From Aplysia californica (Eukaryota): DNA of 64,000 nt. Both the position numbers and the translations under genes were made by a program. The notes beneath the pieces are model-generated. The model worked only from the letters and a program-made list of their open reading frames with translations, searched no databases and was not told where the DNA came from. This document shows positions 1 to 10,700 of the stretch, piece by piece (the first letter of the stretch is position 1; each line of letters begins with the position of its first letter). The stretch lies in contig NW_004797562.1 of the NCBI RefSeq assembly GCF_000002075.1, forward strand, positions 285,901 to 349,900, given 5' to 3'.

Positions 1-1165
1 GTTGTTTGCGGGTTGCAAAAAAAACAAAACAACAACAACCCCCCACCAAAAACCTCAAACAAGATAAATGAACAATCTTTAAGATGATGCTAATAACCTG
101 ATATGCCAAAACATTGAGCGTCTGGTTTCATGTCTTTACATTTAACCATTGTTTTCTATTTATGTTAGTCCCATACAAAAAAATAATAAAATATAATGTT
201 CAACTTGTAACTACCTCCTGACAAGTCTACTCAAAGCCCAATTAAATATTTATTCTGTAGATTCACCCCTTAGAAGACGTTAGAAGCAGAATCAGGAGAA
301 AATAGGGGCACATCCATTAACATGACAATCATAACACAAACCACATCAACAATGTGCTCAGCTGCACTATCACATCTTCAATACCTCAACTCAGTTGACA
401 GGGGAAAGGCACCAGCACCAGGAAAGTTTTTATCAAAGTAACAGTCAGTCAAATAATCACAAGATGAGAAATGACCAGCTTACAGTTACACGCCCTCACA
501 CGCTCAAAAACTAACAACGGAACAACGCAAACGACATCGCTGACAGAAGCACCAGTTTCACTAAAACTCGCACCACCACCACCAAGACCTATTTCAATTT
601 CAACAAGATATAAAATCCACACAACAAACTTTTCTGTCTTTGTCAGTTTCTCATTTTGAGAGAACTTTAGATACAAAGCTGAAAGAACCAAGGATACCAA
701 AAATGAAAATGCCACTTGACAGCCTTACGCAATACTTCTGATTTACCTGATAGTTTACACCACCCTTCCCCCCCCCTGCCCCCATACAGCTTTGGACTCC
801 CAGTGGCAGGCCGGACTAAAATGTTTGGACCAAAGTTGTGAGAGTGCTGATTTCTTGAAAGCAGGGCATCCCATTGAGGGAGTGACGGTATAAAATTCCC
901 TTGCACATGCATTATGGCAGAACGCATAGATGAAAAAAGCAGACCACTGTCAGGCAGTTGAGATTGAAAACGGCACTACCCCAGCACCTGTCGGGTAGAC
1001 CAGCACCAATAAAACAAAACTATTCTGCCATTCAAAAACAAACTCAGCATGGTAGATCGAGTTCATAACCTGCAAAACAGCTGTCGGCATTAGGAGTCCT
1101 TGGTCTTAATCAAAAGTATAAAGGACCAGCACAACCAATATGACAGGTGAGCAAGACAAACTTAC

Positions 1166-4100
1166 CCCCTAATCCTGATGACGAAAGCCAGTTGAGGTTC
1201 CGCCGGGACGTAGAAGTTTCCAGCTTTCTTGGCAATGCGAGCAAGACGGACTTCGTCGCGCTCCTTGGCTCTGTATTCCTTGACATACTTCTCAGCACGG
1301 TTGAAGATGACTTTCTTCTTTGAAGCACGTTTCTAGGGACGAAGATAAATGTGAGTTTGAAACAGGACAATGGGTACAATTTCCCCACTCTTAACCAGAA
1401 GTAATTAAGATTACTAATACCATACAAGGTTGAATGGAAGGTTTAAATGATACACTTTTCAAATATACACATATGAGGTAATTTTCTTGAAAATCATTTT
1501 AAAATTGACAAAGCCACAGAAAAACACCCCCCATAAAATACTTCACCCTGCCTCTACCTCAAAGAACAAAAATGTAGCCAAAAGTAGTCACAACTGGGTT
1601 GGAATATTATGCATAGAAATAAAATGAAGTATAGGATGAAACACTGAATTTGAAAGAAAATAAACCAAGGCGTGATTTTATAGTATAGGCCATACCTTCT
1701 TACAGTAACCAAGTTTGAATTCATTCACAATCAACACAAAAGTGCCAGACAATCCCACTTGTAAGGACAGACTTACAACCAAATAAACAGTATTGTCATA
1801 CTGATAGGAATGTGAATCACACTGATGCCTCGGTCTATATCAAAGGACCATCTGCACTTACTTCAAAAACACCCAATTTTTAATCATACTTAAATGGATT
1901 TTATCCCTTTAAATAGGGCCAAACTGAAAATAGGAAAGGATATATGGCGGAAAACACAGCAGAGGGCAAAATGGCACTTTCTGTATTCTGAACAATTTTC
2001 CTCAGAAATGGGATAACTGTGTGTGTATATCTTTAGTTGATACTGTAGAGTGAAGTTTCGAGAAGCTGGGACAGCAACATTTTTGTGAGTTTTTACTTTT
2101 TGTGAAGTTCCTGGACCCATGGAATGACGACAGACAATGTTTACTTGACAAGAGAACACATGGAGAGAAAGGTAAGTCTAATTTATTTTTTTCATAATTT
2201 TTAATGGTAATTTTGCTAACAATTTGTTCTAGAATGATAATAGTATGATTTGGCATTAAAAACATGAAATTAATCACGATTTTCTAAAAACTATTTTTTA
2301 AAATCGTAATTGCCTGCATTGTCGGCATGTGCATGTCGTTTTTCCACGTAATTCTAAATTTGTTAGTTTTAGCATATTTTTTGTTTTAGTTGCCATTAAA
2401 CATGTTTTGACAATGTTTCATAACTGCGATAATTTGTATTTTAAAAAGGAAGAAAAATAGATTTTAAAAAGATTTACGGCTATTCATTCACGATCATTTG
2501 GGTGTTTGTCGCTCGTATTCTACCGGGTGAACAAACTGGAATTTGCGATCACAGCACAACGATCTCGCAGTATTTGTCCAAAACGAAGTTTTCAACAGTT
2601 CTATGCCATAGTTTCATCGTTTCTATTCATTTTCTAACATTCATTGTTAAATTAAGTTTGAAAACCCGCATTTTTCACGTCTGTCGTGCATCGGTCGGAC
2701 TTTGCGCAGGTCGAACAAACCAGACCAGTGAACAACAAAATGAGGCTAAATCTAAGTCTTAAATGCGAATTTCAACCCAAATATCACGAAATGTAAGTCA
2801 TTATCCATGCTAGTTTCATTTTCTGCGTAAATAAATCTTTAAATTGCTCCATGATGTGAGATAATCGCCTAAATCTAATTTTTTCGTAAGCACGACACGA
2901 AATCGCCGCGACGGCAAGAAAACGGCGGCCGCGTAATCCGAAAGAGGAAGGAGGGGGGGGACGGCTTTTCAAAGATCGTTGTGTCGCGATGTTCAGAACA
3001 GAATTAGATAGGCATCGATCTACTTGGATTAGCTTCCAATGAATTTTAGTTAGTTTTTTTTATATTTTAAATTTAACTTAATGAACAAGAAGAGAAGACT
3101 CAAAATCAATTGTGGAAACATGCAATATAGACATAGATTGGAAATAAGAGCAGGGGGGGGGGGGGGGCATGTAACGAAAAAAAAAATAATATTGTGAAGA
3201 GAAACTTCAAAATAAAGATAGCGAACGATGCATTCCAAAAATTTGAGAATTAAGGGGGGAGGGGGCACTCAAATACAGACAGGATTCACAAGACAATGAA
3301 GAGATTCCAGAATATATGATGATTTAAAGTCAGTCTTTATAGACATGTGTGTCTCCAGACCTCTTTGATTTACCTTCACAATCCTTGGAACTGTGGTCAA
3401 GTCTTCTGAATGGCTATGCCATGAATATAAGTTGTCAGTTACCAAAGATAGTGAACAAAGAGTAGTCTAGACACAACAGAAAGATGTTTCTTTAGGAGAC
3501 TGCTGTTTCATGAGGAAAAGAAATCAAATAAAGTTGTGCAGAATGCGAGAAAGAAGGCCTACAAGGGACTCACTAATAATATAAATACAATAAGAAAGAG
3601 ACGTTTGTTTTAGTAAGAGTTTTACGGCACTTGCAACACAATAAGGTCATATAAGTGCCGAAGATTAGAGAGTGTTACAAGAGAGTAAACAAACAAAAAT
3701 AGAAGGAGGAGAGATAAAGACGATAGTTCTTTGATAGGAAAGAAGAAGCAAACCACACCAGAGCACCCACCAACCACCCACAAGAAAGAGACAAATGTAG
3801 GTGTGATACATTCAATTGACATTTTAAAAAAGCCTAGAACATCTACTACTTACTGAAAAAATAGAGGCCAAAAGAGGCAATGGTGGACATATTCTGCCAT
3901 GGTTAGTAAGCGGCTAAAATTGTTAGTTCCGATTGAAATTTAACAAATCAGATCCATAACATTTATTACAAATAATTGCTGTTTTTCCCAACTAAGTTCT
4001 TTATTTCTCAAGGTGTGTTATTTGATTTTTCCTGTAGGTTAAGGTTAAAATGCTCTAGGAGGATGACTTCAGTGTGAGATTTATGGACAAGAGCAGCCCC

Positions 4101-7100
4101 AGCGACGTCTTTTCCAAGAGCAACGATGTTGGTCTAATCACAAATAAGGGATCACCAGACTTCTTCACCTGGACATACACAAAAGGACTAACAAGAGGCA
4201 TTAGATCTCAAGGCCATTATTCAGTTTTCCCTTTTTTAAAAAATCATGTCCACTTATTAATTGGTGTAATAAATATATTTGTGTAAACCGTGCATTGGTC
4301 GGCATCATTTAATTGTCTCCCCTTTTAATAAATTCTTGAATTTTGTGCTTGTTTTTGCTTACATATGCTCTGAGTATATCAGGATGGGTCCTGCTTTCAG
4401 TTTGGAAGACATTATTGCAGAGATAAGCAATTGAAATCACTTTTAAGTAAATAAATTGAACTTATGTTAATTAAACGTTTACACCTGGGTACCTGTGATT
4501 ACGCGCCCTTTATTACATAACGAGACAGCTGTTGCCCATGAGACAAACATTTCTGAAATCTACAGGGTTTGAGCTAAATTTTGATACCATATTCAATACT
4601 GTACATTTATTTTTAAAAATTGCCAAAATAGGCCTTTTGAAGTAGATGCCAGCATTGCCTGTGTGTTTTCCGCCATATATAATTAGCACAAAACCAAATA
4701 ACTAAACATATAATATGAAGAAATTTTCTTACTTTCCTCTCAGCAGACTGTGCCTTCAGTGCCTTTGCTTTGCTTACGGCCACCCGCTTGCGTCTTTTGA
4801 GCAGGGACTCAGGCACCCTAGGCAGATTTGCTTGCCTGAAAGAAACAGGTAACTTAATATAGAGATAGATCTAGGAGAAATACATATGTGGCTTAAAAAT
4901 AACTTGTGGTAAGCCTTGTTTTAGTGTGCAAAGTGTAAACAGTACTAAGATTAAGAACATATTAACATGTGGCTTTACAGTAACATGAATAACAATGGTA
5001 TACATACAGTACACAGTGCATTCATGAGTCAAGAACAATTTCCAAATAACACATTAGGCTTGGATTCTAGATTTACCGTTACTAAATTATCAGGCAAGTA
5101 AAATAAAAGGTAGTGTCAATTGACAAAAATTGACTTTTTGTCAATTGCCACGGAGTAAATTGGAGCTCTTTTGCGTTGGTGGGTAGATCTAGCAGCCTTA
5201 TTATTGTGCTCGAGTGCTTGGTGTTGTGCGTTCGCCTCTCTGTCAGTTTGTGTCTTTTCCTGACCCTGTCCTCCGATTTATGAATTTCTGCTCGAGTTTG
5301 TGTGCGTTTGTGACTTTAGAACTTCTAAAATTGCCTGTGTTGATTCTACAGCAAAGTGTAGGCTAAGGCTAGCCTAGGCCTACGTCTCATTGAAAACACG
5401 CCAAGTTGGTATCGTATAATAGTCTAGACTAGTCGTCCAATGAAATTAGTTGAGAACAAATTGACCCATTCGACACACATACATTATGCATAATGCTTAA
5501 GACAGTGTTGTTTTCAGACTTGACACCGCTTCACTCTGTGGCAATTGACAAAAAGTCAATTTTTGTCAATTGCCACCGCATCACTCGGTGGCAATTGACG
5601 CTACCAAAATAAAAAGGAGTAAAAAACATTTCAATTTCAGCATTTTCTGGTTTTGGCCCCTAGAACAATGGTCATCAAAACTGTCTCGATATCGATGATT
5701 TATCTGAAAGAAAGTGAAATCTGCGATGCTATTTTTCAATTTTTAAAAAAAGAAAAAAAAGCAGTAAAATTTCATTTGTTTTTAAAAAGGGAATGGGTTT
5801 AGCCCCCCCCCCCCATAATTTGACGTTTCACAATTAGGTTTGATATCTCTAGCTCGCCTCTCAAACGTCACATCGGCCCGCACGTCGCAAAGTAGGCCTA
5901 GAGTGGTGTAGTCCCTGCGCGTGCCTCTTCTCAGTGCGTGCACTTTTGTTTTCAGCCGCAAATTGCGTTTTTGCATTGAAAGTGGCTATTCTCACCCGCC
6001 CGGAAGTTCTCGCAAGATCAACTCCTCCCCTCTTCTCTCTCTCTCTTTCTGAATACTGTCTATCGGTGTGGACGATCAAATTGACCAAAACAAAGTTAAA
6101 AAATGATGTTAAAACACAAAAGTAAATTAATTTGGTTGTCTACAAAGATGCTACGGCTATTTAACTTTTCGAATCGAGCCAAACTACGCGGGTCGCCATT
6201 TTGTTTTGCCCGGAAATTCTCGCGCTACTCCTCTCTCTCTCCATTGCCCACAGACAAAATTGTACGCTTTTAGTAGGCTACAGTTGTAATGGAACGTTTG
6301 TTCACGGCACAGAATTCTACAATTTGTCCTCACAGTGTAGAATTCTGTGGTTTAGGGTTGACGCAAAATTTGGTGAACGCGCACCGGGTGAGAATAGCCA
6401 CAAGACTCGCCTGCACTATTCTCACTCCGGGTGAGAATAGAGGTGGCCTTTTGCATTTGATTGAAATTGAATATGTCAGTTTGTGCAGCAGCCATTTTTG
6501 TTTGCTTACATCACACGTTTGTCCACAAAGATCATCAGCTGTGGCAAGCTGACATTCATCACTGACCTGTAAACTTGTATCGATGACCCATTTGCTTCTG
6601 ATTGGTTGAAATAGACCGCGCACCCCCTAGATCTACCCTACACTCCATATATAGGCTCTTCTGTTGGTGCCAAAACCAGATTAGGAAGGACTTCCGTAAC
6701 GAGCGACCACCCCATCAAAATCAAACACAATGAAGAGACCTAGACCTAACCCTAACCTTACCCCAAGCCCTCAATTCTGCTCTGTCTCTCATAGTGGTCG
6801 CTCCTTACGGAAGTCCTCCCCCAGATTATCCATGTTAATGTCACCACTGCTACTGCAGTAACACCCCTATCAGCAGCTGCATAGATCTAGCACAGAGCCA
6901 ACTTCTGGACTTGTAACTTGTGGCAGAGAAGGTCCTGCCATTCAATTCACACTTCATCCCAACAAACAGTAGATCTAGATATCTAGATCTATATAGATCT
7001 AGATCTCTAGAAATCTAGACTAGATCTAGATTCTAGATCTAGATCTAGATTCACAAATTATTGGCCTAACCAGCTTTCAAAAAAATTATTTTTAACTTGG

Positions 7101-7478
7101 CCTCCTTTTAACTTTTAAGTTGACGGATCGGCAATGTATCAAAGGCCGTCGAACCTACACAGGAGACACATGTCTGTCCAACAAATAGGTCTACCTCCTC
7201 ATATCGAGATATACACGCACAAATGGTTATAATTATCTGCAAGTTCAATAGATTACCAAATGCAGAACAAAACAATGCCTCCGTGGAGACTGGGGGTAGG
7301 CCAGCAAAGTGAACATAATTATTAACAAAATTCAAAGACAAGCCTATACTTAAGTAAATATATTACTTCATTTAAAAAGCGTTCGATCTATGGGATTATA
7401 AATAATATTTAGGCCACAATTCATGTAGATGTCGTTGGATATTGTGTGTGATAATTCAGAAACTCACTTGTCTGCCAT
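1166..7478 (-). CDS. RPL7: 60S ribosomal protein L7 (uL30), first three coding exons; the gene continues off the left edge
   Basis: Exons 7478-7468 (ATGGCAGACAA|gtgagt), 4835-4733 and 1332-1166 are all GT-AG and phase-consistent. They give [21 protein letters not shown]...[50 protein letters not shown], which has the hallmark RPL7 motifs [10 protein letters not shown] and [18 protein letters not shown]. Confidence 0.95.
5109..5605. mobile_element. MITE family A (GG termini, 9-bp TSD), in RPL7 intron 1
   Basis: TIR ggtagtgtcaattg / caattgacgctacc with TSD aaaataaaa on both sides. Confidence 0.8.
5978..6448 (+). mobile_element. MITE family B (tattctcacc/ggtgagaatag motifs), 9-bp TSD
   Basis: TSD ttttgcatt at 5969-5977 and 6449-6457. 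A near-identical inverted copy is at 8200-8694. Confidence 0.8.
6684..6820. mobile_element. MITE family C (GG termini, 27-bp TIR, 8-bp TSD, internal ACCCTA-like repeat)
   Basis: TIR ggaaggacttccgtaacgagcgaccac / gtggtcgctccttacggaagtcctccc with TSD ccagatta. Confidence 0.85.
6969..7050. repeat. (AGATCT)n palindromic microsatellite
   Basis: Runs of tagatctagatc. Shorter runs occur at ~8075-8099, 13172-13197, 15763-15790 and 41904-41920. Confidence 0.85.
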
Positions 7479-7787
7479 TTTGGTTCGGATAAAAAGGAAG
7501 TAGAATTGTTGTATACATGAAAAAGTGTAAATTTGATATAAGGGCAAATTACAGGATCAAATCACTGTTATAATCACAAATTTAAAAAATGAAAGTCAAT
7601 GTTGAGGTTTGTTAAATAAATTACTATAATAACAATGAAAAATGTATTTTGAAATATATTTAGACAATTATAGAATTATTAGTTTTGTAAATATAAACAA
7701 TGAAAATCATACTTTTAAGCAACAGAATTTTTAGACCGGTGAGGTCACTTCCTCCCCACACACCGTAACAGGAAAGCGTGATCAAAC
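7479..7787. promoter_or_regulatory. Bidirectional promoter shared by RPL7 and PPIH
   Basis: The divergent ATGs (7478 and 7788) are only about 310 bp apart. ETS-like CACTTCC (~7746) and CAGGAA (~7769) sites lie on the PPIH side. Confidence 0.7.
7491..7501 (-). promoter_or_regulatory. TCT initiator / 5'TOP pyrimidine tract of RPL7
   Basis: The minus strand reads CTTCCTTTTT 12 nt upstream of the RPL7 ATG, the typical ribosomal-protein start-site motif. Confidence 0.75.
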
Positions 7788-10700
7788 ATGGCGAGTACAA
7801 CTGCAGCGTTAACTGTCGGCGGAGACCGAACAACAGGACAGTCAGTCAGAACACAAAATGGTAAGTGTTTCTACTTTTTGCCCCAAATCTCCCTTTGGCT
7901 TTCTGTCCTTTTTTCCAGCTATAAAGAAGGAATTGAACTCTCTTCTTCTTTTCGTTGCTAAGAGACTCTTGCTCTGTTTTTGCACTCCAATAATGCCGAC
8001 TCTCTGGAATGTTCGAAGGTTCTTGATTCTTGGTCTTTACTTTCTTACTTTCTATGATTTGTGTAGCCTATTTCTAGATCTATAAAATCTAGATCTAGAC
8101 ATTCTATCATCTATTGGATCTAATCTGTTGTCAACAGATGTCTTTTATGTATAATATAAAAATGAATAGGCTAGGGTTTCTATCAGCTGCCCTCCCAAAG
8201 GCCACCTCTATTCTCACCCGGAGTGAGAATAGTGCAGGCGAGTCTTGTGGCTATTCTCACCCGGTGCACGTTCACCAAATTTTGCGTTCACCCTAAACCA
8301 CAGAATTCTACACTGTGAGGACAAATTGTAGAATTCTGTGCCGTGAACAAACGTTCCATTACAACTGTAGCCTACTAAAAGCGTACAATTTTGTCTGGGC
8401 AGTGGAGAGAGAGAGAGAAAGAGAGAGAGGAGTAGCGCGAGAATTTCCGGGCAAAACAAAATGGCGACCCGCGTAGTTCGGCTCGATTCGAAAAGTTAAA
8501 TAGCCGTAGATCTAGCATCTTTGTAGACAACCAAATTAATTTACTTTTGTGTTTTAACATCATTTTTAAACTTTGTTTTGGTCAATTTGATCGTCCACAC
8601 CGATAGACAGTATTCAGAAAGAGACAGAGAGAGAAAGAAGAGGGGAGGAGTTGATCTTGCGAGAACTTCCGGGCGGGTGAGAATAGCCACTTTCCTCACC
8701 AAAAGGTCAATTCTGTCCTGTTTTATGATTTTAGTATTTTTAGGCCAGTTCTGTTAACAAACAAAAATTACCAAAAACATTGTAAGGCAAAATAATAAAA
8801 TAAATAAGGGCTGGATTGAACTTTGGTGGACCCACCGTGTTTATATTATTAATGCGCACTTGGCAAAAAACGGACTGTTCAGTCATGGGTCCTAATCGAC
8901 CGCTACGCGAACTAGTTCCTGGCAACGCGAGGCGGAGGGAGTGAGGGCTGCTAGACTGCCCCGAGGAACCAACGCGAGGCAGAGTGAGTGAGGGCTGTGA
9001 GACTGCCCCGAGGAACCGACGCGAGGCGGAGTGAGTGAGGGCTGCGAGAATACCAAGAGAGAGAGAAGGGGGACGAGACAAAATTGTAAACTGACCTGCA
9101 TTATCATCAGTCTTGAAAATCATCCGAATCATTGAAAAGATCAAAGTCCGGGATATCAAAGCCTCGGATGAGGACGTTTACCGCAGGAACAGGTGCGGGG
9201 TTCTCACTATTAACATTAATTGATCCCACCCGCTGTTTCTTTTGAGGGGGAGGCAATGGAGGGAGACCAGAAGGGGAGGATGGACCAGCGCCAGCAGGTT
9301 CCCGATTTTCTTGATTATCAGCAGGTTCCCGACTTTCTTGATTAGACCTACATGTTGGCTTGTTTTTGCTCCTTAGAGCCAAGATGGCCTTCTCCTTTGA
9401 GTACAGTAGTCCAACAGCTTAAAAAAATTCTAAGAAAGGCTGCTGCTTTCTGAATTTTCTTTTAAAGATAAATTCGGCAAAGAAGCCGCTTATATCAAAC
9501 TCTTGGCAAAACTCCTTTTGCTTTTTTTATGCAGTACCATGTGCACCAGTTTTGGGGTCCTTGAAATTCTTACTGTGATTCACATTTTGGTGTTCGTACC
9601 CCACCGTTGCGATTGTGGAATATCCCTTCCAGCAGTCAGAGATTACCACTGATCCTTTCCTAATATATTTCTCAATTAGGGGAATCAACGTTGCTGCTGA
9701 TCGGTCCTCCACCACCACAAAAAAACAATTTTCCTTATTGTCTCTTTCAATCCCCCCAAAAACCCACACTCCATCTACATGTTTCCCCCTGTGATATTTT
9801 CTTTTCCCAAATTTACTTTCATCTATCTCTACTACCACACCTTCCCCTCCAATCTGACTGTACCTATCACTGTCTAAAATATCCACACATACATCCCTAC
9901 AAAAGTTGAACCAGTCTACTACAGTCTTTTCACTAACCCCACACTCTAAATGGCACTGTTTATTGGAATAGTCGGCTGCCCAAAAATAAATAATTTTCAC
10001 TATTGTCTCTAAAGTTAAATGTGATTTTGAGAAAAAGCTCCCAGTCCGGATACTTAATTTCTTCCTGCACTGTCTGTTCTGGCACCTCCAAATTTCCTTA
10101 TCCACAGAAGCCGAACTGTCCTTTAAAGATGAAAAATATGCACCACAATTACACGTTGTGTCCGAAAAATCAAATAAAAGTTGTCTGCTTCTCAACCACT
10201 CCTTCAGTTTATCGGAATGTAAAATCTCCGCTAAACGAAATAATCCAAAATAGTCATGATAGGAAGCCATGGTTCGATGTCATGCCTCATCGACAAACAA
10301 CAGGTACTAACTAAAATGAGCGGGACAATGCAGAGATTTATCAGTTCAAACAATACAAATTAGCGCGTGAGCGCGTAATTGCCCATTGTTGCGTAATGTC
10401 TTGGAGGCTGGCTTACGTTTGGTGGACCGCACCTCCAGCACTTTGGTTACGATAACTTATAGTATTCGACAGCGGGGGGGTATTTCAGGAGGGCCTGCCC
10501 CCCTGGCCACAATGATAATTGAGAAAACACACATACATGCAAACCAATAATAAACAGAGAAAAGAAAAGGGGACCAGGAACATTTTAAATAGTTGGTTCT
10601 GCCCAAGAACTTTACTTTAGTGGACCCACATTGCCAGCCTAGGCTAGGCATTAGATACCATGATAGATGCGCGGGTGAAGTTTACCAGATCAGTGAAGAG

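Noticed and set aside
4060-4175. Possible snoRNA in RPL7 intron 2 (GTGAAGA...CTGA, or an ACA-ending hairpin)
   Set aside because: The C box is non-canonical, I recognise no guide or family, and the structure is unconvincing.
8740-9159. 139-aa ORF with internal repeats
   Set aside because: It is simply the translation of the 47-bp Merlin subterminal repeat.
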